A program made the position numbers and the translations under genes. Source: Legionellales bacterium (GTDB lineage: Bacteria > Pseudomonadota > Gammaproteobacteria > DSM-16500). From it: a DNA stretch of 64,000 bases. Positions 10,328 to 19,432 of the stretch are shown in pieces (position 1 is the stretch's first letter; each line of letters opens with the position of its first letter). The notes beneath the pieces were generated by a model. That model was not told the DNA's origin, did not search any database, and worked only from the letters and a program-made list of their open reading frames with translations. The DNA lies in NCBI GenBank assembly GCA_947478495.1, contig CANJVW010000001.1, forward strand, positions 62,658-126,657. Direction: 5' to 3'.

Positions 10328-11149
10328 TTAGAATGGTGCGAGAACCTGCCAAAAATGATCTACTGGCCCATGGCCCTTGCCAATCGAAAAACGACTGCCT
10401 GAGCGAATCGCCTTCGTTAAATATTGTTTTGCCAGCTCAATGGCTGGGACTAGTTCATTGCCTTGCGCCAAGAAAGACGCAATCGCTGACGCCAATGTAC
10501 ATCCTGTTCCATGTGTATTCGGTGTACCCACCCTATCTGCATGAAACCAATGACTAAGGCCCGCTTTAGGATCATATAGCACATCAGACGACCGAAGGGT
10601 GTTGAGATGCCCGCCCTTGACCAATACAGCCATTCCAAAGGACCCCCCCAGGGTTATCGCGGCTGCCTCCATCGCGACAGCAGTCTTGATAGGTTGACCC
10701 AATAGCTGCTCCGCTTCTTGTATGTTAGGGGTGATGAGAGTCGCCGATGGAAATAACCGTTCTTTCAAGTAACTGACTTGATCTGCCTGCAATAAAGCGG
10801 CACCACCTTTAGCCACCATCACAGGATCCAGCACCACATGCTGAATCGCTTCTTTTTTAAGGCCCGTCGCTACCACATCGATAATATCGCGATCACTTAA
10901 CATGCCTATTTTAACAGCAGAAATGGTCAAATCACTGAACACGGAATCCATTTGAGCCGCGACGAATGCGGCTGGAACGGCGAATATCCCCTGCACACCT
11001 TGGGTGTTTTGAGCTGTTAGCGCTGTAATGACAGATGCAGCATAACAACCGATCGCTGAAATGGCTTTGATATCCGCCTGAATCCCCGCACCGCCCGATG
11101 AATCGGAACCTGCAATAGTGAGAACGCAATGGGGATGCCTTTCTTTCAT
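10328..11149 (-). CDS. thiD: hydroxymethylpyrimidine/phosphomethylpyrimidine kinase
   Basis: LTIAGSDSSGGAGIQADIKA, VLDPVMVAKGG and HGTGCTLASAIA motifs. Confidence 0.88.
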   Translation of the reverse strand: MKERHPHCVLTIAGSDSSGGAGIQADIKAISAIGCYAASVITALTAQNTQGVQGIFAVPAAFVAAQMDSVFSDLTISAVKIGMLSDRDIIDVVATGLKKEAIQHVVLDPVMVAKGGAALLQADQVSYLKERLFPSATLITPNIQEAEQLLGQPIKTAVAMEAAAITLGGSFGMAVLVKGGHLNTLRSSDVLYDPKAGLSHWFHADRVGTPNTHGTGCTLASAIASFLAQGNELVPAIELAKQYLTKAIRSGSRFSIGKGHGPVDHFWQVLAPF

Positions 11150-11169
11150 AATATAGGTACACTCTTCAG

Positions 11170-13020
11170 ATGCTAAAACGTACCATCATCAAAAATCATT
11201 TGCAAGAAATTCGGCTCATACGAGATCGATGCTTAGTCGTGCTCGTTATCATGTCAACATTGATCGTATTATTAATCGGTCGTCTTGGCTTTTTACAAGT
11301 CATGAGACATCACTTCTATTCCACTTTGTCACAAAAAAACTGGCTCGATCTCATTCCCATCGAGCCCGCACGTGGGCTTATCTATGATCGCCATGGCTAT
11401 GTGCTCGCGGATAATGTGGCGGTGTTCAGTCTCGATATGATTCGCGAGCAAGCCAATAATATTCCTCAAACCATACGGGCGCTTCAATCGATCATTCCAT
11501 TGAGTGAAATAGAATTACTGCAGTTTCAAAGAAAACTGAAAATGTCTCATCGCTTTGATGATATCCCTCTAAAAATCCGTCTCTCTGAAACAGAAGTCGC
11601 GCGCTTTTATGAAAATCAATATCGATTTCCGGGATTCCGCATCACGCCACGACTCATGCGACATTATCCATTCAATCAAACATTCAGCCATGTGTTAGGT
11701 TATGAAGGACGCATTACCCTTGACGAATTAAAAACGACTGATCCAGCCAATTACAGTGCAAGCAATTACATGGGAAAAACAGGTATAGAACAATTTTATG
11801 AAACTGACTTGCATGGCACAGTCGGATATCTCCAAGCTGAAAGCAATGCAAACGGCCAAGTTGTCAGAGTGCTAAAAGAAATAAAACCGCATCCCGGCAA
11901 AAACATCACGCTCACATTGGATAGTCAGTTACAGCAAGTGGCTGAAAAAGCCTTCGCAGGATTGCAAGGTGCCGCTGTCGCCATCCAACCCAATACAGGA
12001 CAAATTCTCGCGATGGTCAGTGAACCAACCTATGACCCCAATGCGTTTGTCCTCGGAATCAGTAACAGGGATTATCATGCTCTGCAAAGCGCCACAGAAC
12101 ATCCTCTCTACGATCGCGCATTACATGGATTATACCCTATGGCTTCCACCGTGAAGCCCTACATTGCATTAGAATGGCTAGACAATAAAGATGTCGATCC
12201 CAATTTTTCGATTGCGGATCACGGATGGTTTCAGTTACCAAACAGTGAGCACCGTTTCCATGATTGGAAACCAGGCGGACATGGGACTGTTCATTTGCAT
12301 GAAGCCATTATGAGCTCTTGTGATACGTATTTCTTTACTATCGCGCACAGAACAGGAATGGAGCCTATTAATCATGTCTTAAATGAATTTGGATACAGCC
12401 AACCGACAGGCATTGATCTAAAAAACGAGCCTAAAGGCATTGTTGCTTCACCTGAATGGAAGAGGCGCGTTAAAAAGTTAAAATGGTATGAAGGCGACAC
12501 ACTGATTTCAACGATTGGACAAGGTTACATGCAAGCGACACCCCTACAGTTAGCGCAAGCCGTCGCAACACTCGCCATGAGAGGCACACAATTCACGCCA
12601 CATTTATTATTAAAAGAGGAAGAAAAAGATAAGCCACCGATTTTTTATTCCACCACCCCTAAAAAAATCATTCAATTGAATCACAATGAATCATGGCAAT
12701 TCGTCATTAACGCCATGCAAGATGTCATTGCATCGCCTCATGGTACAGGATATCTCCATTTTGGGCACGATGCACCTTACTCGATTGCAGCTAAAACCGG
12801 TACCGCACAAATACATACCATCACTCATCGCGATAAAAATGGCAAAAGCCAAGAAGAGGGTGCGCCCCAATATTTACGAGACCACACTTTGTTTGTTGCA
12901 TTCGCACCCGTCGATCATCCTCAAATTGCCATTGCTGTTATTGCTGAAAACAGCAAACAAGCCGGCCACATCGCGCGGTTAATTCTCGATTACTATTTAA
13001 CGCCAAAGGCCTCCGCATGA
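11170..13020 (+). CDS. mrdA: penicillin-binding protein 2 (elongasome transpeptidase)
   Basis: N-terminal TM anchor. Transpeptidase motifs STVK (ASTVKP) and KTGTA. 4-nt overlap with rodA. Confidence 0.9.
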   Translation: MLKRTIIKNHLQEIRLIRDRCLVVLVIMSTLIVLLIGRLGFLQVMRHHFYSTLSQKNWLDLIPIEPARGLIYDRHGYVLADNVAVFSLDMIREQANNIPQTIRALQSIIPLSEIELLQFQRKLKMSHRFDDIPLKIRLSETEVARFYENQYRFPGFRITPRLMRHYPFNQTFSHVLGYEGRITLDELKTTDPANYSASNYMGKTGIEQFYETDLHGTVGYLQAESNANGQVVRVLKEIKPHPGKNITLTLDSQLQQVAEKAFAGLQGAAVAIQPNTGQILAMVSEPTYDPNAFVLGISNRDYHALQSATEHPLYDRALHGLYPMASTVKPYIALEWLDNKDVDPNFSIADHGWFQLPNSEHRFHDWKPGGHGTVHLHEAIMSSCDTYFFTIAHRTGMEPINHVLNEFGYSQPTGIDLKNEPKGIVASPEWKRRVKKLKWYEGDTLISTIGQGYMQATPLQLAQAVATLAMRGTQFTPHLLLKEEEKDKPPIFYSTTPKKIIQLNHNESWQFVINAMQDVIASPHGTGYLHFGHDAPYSIAAKTGTAQIHTITHRDKNGKSQEEGAPQYLRDHTLFVAFAPVDHPQIAIAVIAENSKQAGHIARLILDYYLTPKASA

Positions 13021-14111
13021 TAAAAAAACGCCTGCTAGCCTTATCTCTTCATATCGATATCTATTTAACGCTCAGTCTATTGTCGCTCATGCTCTTTGGA
13101 CTCTATATTCTCTACAGCGCAAGCAACCAAAACAGCATTATCCTGCAACAACAACTCATGCATTTTGCAGTGGGATTCATGATGTTTTTTCTTTTTGCAT
13201 GCCCGACGCCGATTCTCTATCGACGTTGGGCAATGGGTATTTACAGTATCAGTTTATTATTGTTGGTCGCGGTTTTACTCGTGGGGCACACGGGAAAGGG
13301 CGCTGAGCGTTGGCTGAATCTCGGGCTCTTTCGTGTTCAACCCTCCGAATTCATGAAGCTCGCCTTACCGATTTTTCTCAGCGCGTATTGCCATGCCAAG
13401 CCCTTACCGCTTCACATACGATCTCTCTTGCTCTGTAGCGTCATCACCCTCGTACCGGTCTTCCTGATCGTCAAACAACCTGATTTAAGCACGGGCATTT
13501 TACTCATCATTGCAGCCGGTAGCGTATTATTATTGGCAGGCATCAGTATGCGATTGCTGAGCATCGGCGCAGGATTTTTAATCATCAGCGTGCCACTCAT
13601 TTGGCATTTTTTACACGACTACCAAAAACAGCGTGTTCTCACCTTTTTTAATCCCGAGCGCGATCCCTTGGGTGCGGGTTACCATATCATTCAATCAAAA
13701 ATTGCGATTGGATCCGGTGGATTATTCGGGAAAGGCTGGCTGAACGGGACGCAATCGCATCTCCACTTTCTACCCGAACATGCCACTGATTTTATCTTTG
13801 GTGTGTGCGGCGAAGAATTTGGGTTTGTGGGCAGCCTGTTTTTAATAGCACTTTTTATGTCAATTATTTTTCGCGGCCTCTATATTACCGCCTTCGCACA
13901 AGATACCTTTTCGCGATTGCTCGCAGGGAGTATCACCATCACATTCTTTATGTCATTTTTTATTAATGTCGGCATGGTCACTGGATTATTGCCCGTGATG
14001 GGGGTCCCGCTGCCCCTTATCAGCTATGGCGGATCATCTATTGTGACATGGATGGCAAGTTTTGGTATACTGATGTCCATCCAAACTCACAGAACCTTAA
14101 TAACAGCGTAG
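13017..14111 (+). CDS. mrdB: SEDS peptidoglycan glycosyltransferase RodA
   Basis: Polytopic SEDS protein with PEHATDFIF and PLISYGGSS regions. Coupled to mrdA. Confidence 0.9.
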   Translation: MIKKRLLALSLHIDIYLTLSLLSLMLFGLYILYSASNQNSIILQQQLMHFAVGFMMFFLFACPTPILYRRWAMGIYSISLLLLVAVLLVGHTGKGAERWLNLGLFRVQPSEFMKLALPIFLSAYCHAKPLPLHIRSLLLCSVITLVPVFLIVKQPDLSTGILLIIAAGSVLLLAGISMRLLSIGAGFLIISVPLIWHFLHDYQKQRVLTFFNPERDPLGAGYHIIQSKIAIGSGGLFGKGWLNGTQSHLHFLPEHATDFIFGVCGEEFGFVGSLFLIALFMSIIFRGLYITAFAQDTFSRLLAGSITITFFMSFFINVGMVTGLLPVMGVPLPLISYGGSSIVTWMASFGILMSIQTHRTLITA

Positions 14112-14119
14112 ATTTCCCT

Positions 14120-15037
14120 ATGATACGATTTTATTTGACCGTGCTCAGCCTCTTATGCTGGGCTAGCATGGCGCTCGCTGATGTCGACGTTGCCGCGCGC
14201 CAAAAAAATATAGATACCTTCATTAATCGTTTAGTGACACGAGATCATTTTCAGCGTGCAGAGCTCATACCCATTTTTCAAAGCATTACCTTTAGGCAGT
14301 CTGTCATTCGGCATGACCGGGCGCCGCTCGAGCAAGAAACATGGGGTCTCTATCAACGACTCTATGTCACCGAGTGGCGTATCCGAAAAGGGGTTGAATT
14401 TTGGAATCGCTACAAGTCAGAGCTCAACGAAGTCGAGAGACGCTATGGTGTGCCCGCTAATATCATTGTATCGACCATTGGGATTGAAACGCGTTACGGG
14501 CAACACAGCGAACAAGTGCCCGTTATTGATGCGCTCGCAACCCTCGCATTCAATGACAATCGACGTGCAGCGTATTTTCAAAGTGAGCTCGAACAATTAT
14601 TTTTGTTATGCCGAGAGCAACATCTTAACCTTCGAAAATTGAGAGGTTCTTTTACGGGCGCCATCGGACAGCCCCAATTTATGCCGAGTAGTTATCGACA
14701 TTATGCAGTGAGTTTCGATGGACGCTCCAATCAAATTGATCTCACCTCGAACGTGCCCGATATTATTGCCAGTGTCGGCAATTTTTATCATCAGCATGGC
14801 TGGAAAAACGGTGAACCTGTCGCGATGCCTGCCACACTCACCAATCAAGAAGAATTCAAAGATACGGCATACGAACCCATCGCACTCAAAAATAAGAACG
14901 GCTCAGAATATTGGATGGGATTCCATAATTTCAAAGTCATTAAACGATATAACCCAAGCAATCTCTATGCGATGGCGGTGTTTCAATTAAGCCATTATCT
15001 TGTCGTGTTACATGATCATGAGAAACAGCATGCGTAG
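14120..15037 (+). CDS. mltB: lytic murein transglycosylase B
   Basis: IGIETRYG and GAIGQPQFMPSSY motifs. ATG at 14120 gives the signal peptide MIRFYLTVLSLLCWASMALA. Confidence 0.85.
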   Translation: MIRFYLTVLSLLCWASMALADVDVAARQKNIDTFINRLVTRDHFQRAELIPIFQSITFRQSVIRHDRAPLEQETWGLYQRLYVTEWRIRKGVEFWNRYKSELNEVERRYGVPANIIVSTIGIETRYGQHSEQVPVIDALATLAFNDNRRAAYFQSELEQLFLLCREQHLNLRKLRGSFTGAIGQPQFMPSSYRHYAVSFDGRSNQIDLTSNVPDIIASVGNFYHQHGWKNGEPVAMPATLTNQEEFKDTAYEPIALKNKNGSEYWMGFHNFKVIKRYNPSNLYAMAVFQLSHYLVVLHDHEKQHA

Positions 15038-15050
15038 ACTAAACTGTAAG

Positions 15051-15845
15051 ATGGGTGGTGGGCACGCAAAAAACGCTTTACCCACCCTACTTCTAGCGCT
15101 GCTTTTTTTACTCAACGGTTGCGCGACGAGACGCGATGGCCCCCCGCCTTTCAATGTGGATGTGTCACGCATCCCTGATGCCGTCCCCAAGGTCGAGCCA
15201 CTCAGTAAAGTCGGCAATAAACCCTATCATGTCAAAGGCAAAACATATTACGTCATGCACTCCAGCAAAAATTACGTCGCACGCGGCACAGCATCATGGT
15301 ATGGCACGGCATTTCATGGGCACAAAGCCTCCGACGGCGAACGATATGATATGCTATCCATGACGGCGGCTCACAAAACCTTGCCGCTTCCGAGTTATGT
15401 GCGTGTCACCAACTTAAAAAATGGAGAGCAAGTTGTTGTGAAAGTCACCGACCGCGGACCCTTCAGTGGTAATCGACTCATTGATTTATCGTATGTTGCA
15501 GCCAAAAAATTGGGGATGCTAGGGCGCGGTACCGCCCCCGTTGAAGTCAGAGCCATCACACCGTCTAGTACACCACTTTTTCCTACCTTTATCGCAAAAA
15601 AAGAACCTGTAAAAACGTTGTCTGCTTTAGCGGATAAAAAAACCTATGTGCAAGTCGCGGCTTTTCGCAATCGATTAAGTGCCGAGAAATTAGAAAAACG
15701 ACTCGCTCATTTGAGGGTCGATGCTCCTGTCTCTATTGCGCATTCCAGCACACTGTATCACGTACAAATCGGCCCCATTCAAAATAAAGTGACGCTCGCT
15801 AAAATCCATCGACAGCTGCGTGCGATAGGAATCATGGTCGCTTAG
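15051..15845 (+). CDS. rlpA: septal ring lytic transglycosylase RlpA family lipoprotein (DPBB plus SPOR)
   Basis: Lipobox LLNGC. DPBB region GTASWYGTAFHGHKASDGERYD...VKVTDRGPF. C-terminal SPOR-like YVQVAAFRNRLSAEKL. The start is at 15051 or 15030; both place the REP-1 copy inside the signal peptide. Confidence 0.85.
   Translation: MGGGHAKNALPTLLLALLFLLNGCATRRDGPPPFNVDVSRIPDAVPKVEPLSKVGNKPYHVKGKTYYVMHSSKNYVARGTASWYGTAFHGHKASDGERYDMLSMTAAHKTLPLPSYVRVTNLKNGEQVVVKVTDRGPFSGNRLIDLSYVAAKKLGMLGRGTAPVEVRAITPSSTPLFPTFIAKKEPVKTLSALADKKTYVQVAAFRNRLSAEKLEKRLAHLRVDAPVSIAHSSTLYHVQIGPIQNKVTLAKIHRQLRAIGIMVA
15054..15090 (+). repeat. REP-1 palindromic element, single copy
   Basis: ggtggtgggcacgcaaaaaacgctttacccaccctac. 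8-bp stem GGTGGGCA/TACCCACC-type. Same consensus as the copies at 18773, 19375, 22199 and 36137. Confidence 0.9.
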
Positions 15846-15874
15846 CCCCCCATGCAGGGGGAGAGGCGACAGCT

Positions 15875-17245
15875 TCAGTTGTGTGCGGTCAGGTCCAGCA
15901 CCCGTGATGGATGTGTAGGAGGAGGCGGAGTGCGAGGCGGATGAGGATGGAAAATTGACACAGTTTCAAGAGGTAATGTCAGACGATGAGATCCCGATGC
16001 ATCATGTCGCTGAGGTGAGGGTTCTCGAGAGCTTGGTCGCGATGGACCATGAAGGATTGGCTTGCCATCGGGTCCACGGCCTACTGGAACTGCCACAGGA
16101 ACAGGGCTAAGATTCTTCGCATGAAATGTTTCCTGAAAAAAATCAGCAGCACTTTCAGCAGCAGCTGCGATCTTTCCTGCGGCGGTCTCTACCGCCTCCT
16201 CGATTGTTTCTAACCCTTCCCGAACCTCAACTAATACCGAGAACGGCCTTTCTTCATGCTGCAGCGAGGGTGGTGGCGACGCATTAGGAAAAGATTGCTC
16301 CGTTGTGACTGCTAGGGTATTGTTGGTTTGAGTAAGATTATTGCCGTGTTTACTATCTGCGTGGAAATCAGTCTGAAGAAATACCCCAAGATCCATAGTT
16401 GTTACACGATCTTCTGCCCGAGACTGCTCGATGCGCAACGACTCCTGTTTTTTTTGAACAACTTTTGTATGATAAGTTAGCCATTTCGCCGTTTTTTCTT
16501 TCATAGCATCATTGCGATGATAATCCGTGCTTCTCTTTCTTATCTCCCAACACGCAAGACCTACAGCAATAAAAGCGCCCAGCAGACTCCCTGCCAACCC
16601 CCAACATGAAAACAGTATAAGCCCGCCCAGCAATGGAGAGAAAACCGATGCAGCTATCAAAACTGATCCGATGAGCAAGAGGCCCGATAGGGCAAACAAG
16701 AGTACAGAAACCCACTCGGATCTTTTTCTTTTGGGTTGCTGTGCTCCCAGTTGCTGCATCTTATCTATTTGTTGCTTCAATTGATTTTCGATTTTTATCA
16801 GGCCAGATAGATCGTGAACATCCATTGCCAGAGCAGCCAATTCCAAAAAAGCATGTACACGCTGTGCATCTAACAGATCTGATGGACTGACTATTTTCAG
16901 TAAATCATCACCAGTCTCAGAAAGCAGTTGAAGTCTCTCTCTTCTATCCGCATCAATGGGGGTTTTCTCAAGGGAAGCGTGAGTCTCGTTGATATGTTGT
17001 AATAGCCGCTGAAAAAATGCATAAAAATGTGGGGCTGGAATAGAAGAGAAAAAAGAAACTTTGCCAGAAGAATCAGCATTGAAATAGAGATCAAACTTTC
17101 TTCCTTGATACAAATAAGAATAGAAAGAAGAATGGTTTGAGCTATTTTCCGCTTTGTTCAGCGTAAAAAAACGTATACGAGATAATTGATCCACCAAAGG
17201 TGAGCCAAGCACAGTAGTCGTTGAGGTATTTCGAGTATTTGGCAT
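15875..17245 (-). CDS. hypothetical membrane protein with central hydrophobic block and Pro-rich C-terminus
   Basis: 456-aa ORF. About 55 aa of hydrophobic sequence in the middle (WVSVLLFALSGLLLIGSVLIAASVFSPLLGGLILFSCWGLAGSLLGAFIAVGLACW). Pro-rich tail (PHPPRTPPPPTHP). No known motif recognised. Confidence 0.6.
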   Translation of the reverse strand: MPNTRNTSTTTVLGSPLVDQLSRIRFFTLNKAENSSNHSSFYSYLYQGRKFDLYFNADSSGKVSFFSSIPAPHFYAFFQRLLQHINETHASLEKTPIDADRRERLQLLSETGDDLLKIVSPSDLLDAQRVHAFLELAALAMDVHDLSGLIKIENQLKQQIDKMQQLGAQQPKRKRSEWVSVLLFALSGLLLIGSVLIAASVFSPLLGGLILFSCWGLAGSLLGAFIAVGLACWEIRKRSTDYHRNDAMKEKTAKWLTYHTKVVQKKQESLRIEQSRAEDRVTTMDLGVFLQTDFHADSKHGNNLTQTNNTLAVTTEQSFPNASPPPSLQHEERPFSVLVEVREGLETIEEAVETAAGKIAAAAESAADFFQETFHAKNLSPVPVAVPVGRGPDGKPILHGPSRPSSREPSPQRHDASGSHRLTLPLETVSIFHPHPPRTPPPPTHPSRVLDLTAHN

Positions 17246-17327
17246 GCATCATCCTTGGCGCATAAAAAACGCATCGTAGCACATCGACCCTGAAATGCGC
17301 AACTGCTCCCCAGGGCCGGCCCAGCCG

Positions 17328-18617
17328 CTAAGGAATCGTTCCCAACGTCATCACCGACCAATCTCCGGCGGATGATCGCATATCACGAAAATTATCTGAG
17401 GTTTTATTTGCTGTAAAGCCTGTCGCATGACAATCATCTAATGTTTGGGTCTCTTGGTTGTTGTTGACAGCACACTGATAGATGTCATTCGATGCAGAAA
17501 AAAAAGATAGCGCACCAGAAAAAACGAGGTCATGCGGATAGGTAAAATCATTTGGATGAAAGACAAAAGGACGACACGTGGATAATTTTCCATCCGTTGT
17601 CATATCGCATTGCGTTGTGTTGTTGGTCAAATCGTTTGTCGTGAGATAGGCTTTGCGAACAGCACCTTCTGAAAAGCGCAGCTGCATCGAATCGGTAAAG
17701 TGAGGCAATTCTGATGCGCCAGATGAAACGCTTTCACACGCCTCCCAGAATCCCGTCGAATCATTCATCTTGCAACGCCACACGTTGCGATCTATTTGAT
17801 TCACAAAATAAAGGTAGGTTTGCGAATCTGTCCATTTGACTAATTGAGGATCGTTTGGAACATACTCTTGATTGGCAATCGTTGGAATGTCATTTCCATT
17901 GTATATCGGAGTTCGCATGGGAACGTGATCGTTATTGCTATCTGTCGTAATCCCCCACCGAAAAATGGACGTACCGTCTAACTGAGCCAATTCTCCTGGG
18001 TGCTTCTCGTCTAACATAAAAACATAGGTCGGACAGGGCGCTTTAGGATCCGTATTCGCCTGGCAGCCAAGAGCCGCTGTTGTGACATACGCATAGGTAA
18101 GGGTTTGTTTAGGTACCCACATATAAAAAGGCGTGTAAGAAATGCGATACCAATAAGCCGGTTTTATAGTGTCAAATAACGTCATTTGTTGCGGAATCCA
18201 CTGCCATGCCTTGGGTGTCATAGAATCTTTTATGACCAACTGTCGATCGCAGTCGCTTAGTGTCTCGGCAGCGACATCCACCATGCATCGATATATATTT
18301 TTAGTTGTTTTATCAGAAAGATAAGCATAATTTATATTATTTATTTGGTGCAAACGAATACCATCAATAGACTGCCAAGGAAAGACAAGGCGTTCCTGAT
18401 AAGCTGTTTTAGGTTGAGTCGATGCAGGGTTAAAGAAACCGCAATGAATAATATTGCCCTTCACATCCAACTGACATACTTTGATCTCTGACTGTTGTAT
18501 CGGTTGCGCTTTTGTCGCAGCCATCACATAAGAAACGGGTTTAGGATCATCGGAAAAGACACAAACGGGCAATAATAGAACAAATAATGATAAAACGGCT
18601 ATTTTTTTCATACCCAC
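17328..18617 (-). CDS. secreted protein with six Cys-pair repeats
   Basis: Signal peptide MKKIAVLSLFVLLLPVCVFS. Six spaced C-x(9-13)-C units. Confidence 0.65.
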   Translation of the reverse strand: MGMKKIAVLSLFVLLLPVCVFSDDPKPVSYVMAATKAQPIQQSEIKVCQLDVKGNIIHCGFFNPASTQPKTAYQERLVFPWQSIDGIRLHQINNINYAYLSDKTTKNIYRCMVDVAAETLSDCDRQLVIKDSMTPKAWQWIPQQMTLFDTIKPAYWYRISYTPFYMWVPKQTLTYAYVTTAALGCQANTDPKAPCPTYVFMLDEKHPGELAQLDGTSIFRWGITTDSNNDHVPMRTPIYNGNDIPTIANQEYVPNDPQLVKWTDSQTYLYFVNQIDRNVWRCKMNDSTGFWEACESVSSGASELPHFTDSMQLRFSEGAVRKAYLTTNDLTNNTTQCDMTTDGKLSTCRPFVFHPNDFTYPHDLVFSGALSFFSASNDIYQCAVNNNQETQTLDDCHATGFTANKTSDNFRDMRSSAGDWSVMTLGTIP

Positions 18618-18772
18618 CTCTCAATAAAATAATTGAATGGATTATAGTCGTTTTTCTTGAGATTGCTTATTTAATTCATAAAAAATGATAAAGGTTAAAA
18701 CCTGCAAAACGAGTCGTACCACATGGCCGTGCTCAAAAGCATAATTCACAAAAACTTCATCTAATGTTTTAA

Positions 18773-18870
18773 GGTGGGGTGGGCAGCGTTTTGTGCGTAG
18801 CGCTGTTTGCGTGCCCACCACCAAGCGTGTGGCACAGTGGTGGGCACGCAAAAAGCGCTGCCCACCCTGC
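18773..18870. repeat. REP-1 inverted pair (diverged copy)
   Basis: Reverse-orientation unit at 18773-18821 carrying an internal duplication, a short spacer, then a forward unit gtggtgggcacgcaaaaagcgctgcccaccctgc at 18837-18870. Confidence 0.85.
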
Positions 18871-18902
18871 AACACTGCGCTCCTTTGTCATCGATTATCT
18901 TG

Positions 18903-18965
18903 TCATCCTGAGCGAAGCGAAGGATCTTGTCCTAATGAAGCGATCCTTCGCTTCGCTCAGGATGA
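18903..18965. repeat. REP-2 element: perfect 24-bp stem hairpin
   Basis: tcatcctgagcgaagcgaaggatc (18903-18926), 15-nt loop, gatccttcgcttcgctcaggatga (18942-18965). The arms are exact reverse complements. Confidence 0.95.
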
Positions 18966-19351
18966 TAAAATTTAGCATTTTTTAATTGCCAAATGATTTC
19001 TTTATTTCCTTCAGGAAAAGCAAACTGATCTAATTCATGAAGAGAAGCCCAGCGAATCACCTGCCCTTCGGCGCCTCTCGGCTCACCCAAAAAAGAAGTG
19101 ACGCGCCACACATTCAGAAACACTTTTTTTTCATGGTAGTCATATTCTATTTCAAGAAAATGATTAGCTGCAACCACCTCTATTCCGACCTCTTCCGCCA
19201 ATTCTCTTTTCAATGCATCAAAAGCGGTTTCATCTTGCTCGATTTTCCCACCGGGAAATTCCCACAGGCCGCCTTGTGATTGATGAGATTGGCGTTCTGC
19301 AATCAAGATTTGGTTTCTTTCGTTCAGAACAATGCCCACTGCCACTCTCAT
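18932..19351 (-). CDS. mutT: Nudix hydrolase, MutT-like (8-oxo-dGTP diphosphatase)
   Basis: Nudix box GGLWEFPGGKIEQDETAFDALKRELAEEVGIEV. Immediately downstream of secA as in E. coli. Start set at MRVAVGIV (19351). The last residues (HPERSEGSLH) and the stop lie inside REP-2. Confidence 0.8.
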   Translation of the reverse strand: MRVAVGIVLNERNQILIAERQSHQSQGGLWEFPGGKIEQDETAFDALKRELAEEVGIEVVAANHFLEIEYDYHEKKVFLNVWRVTSFLGEPRGAEGQVIRWASLHELDQFAFPEGNKEIIWQLKNAKFYHPERSEGSLH

Positions 19352-19374
19352 GAAATAACCGTCCCTGAAAATCA

Positions 19375-19413
19375 GTGGTGGTGGGCGCGCAAAAAACGCT
19401 TTACCCACCCTAC
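19375..19413 (+). repeat. REP-1 single copy in the secA-mutT spacer
   Basis: gtggtggtgggcgcgcaaaaaacgctttacccaccctac. Confidence 0.9.
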
Positions 19414-19432
19414 CTAATCGCTAGAACAAAAA

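Noticed and set aside
19352-19408. N-terminal extension of mutT (MGKAFFARPPPLIFRDGYF...) and similar GKAFFACPP-containing short ORFs at 15008-15217, 18642-18985, 22120-22335 and 36139-36585.
   Set aside because: These peptides are translations of REP-1 copies in various frames. The same string recurs wherever the repeat occurs, so they are repeat artefacts, not genes.
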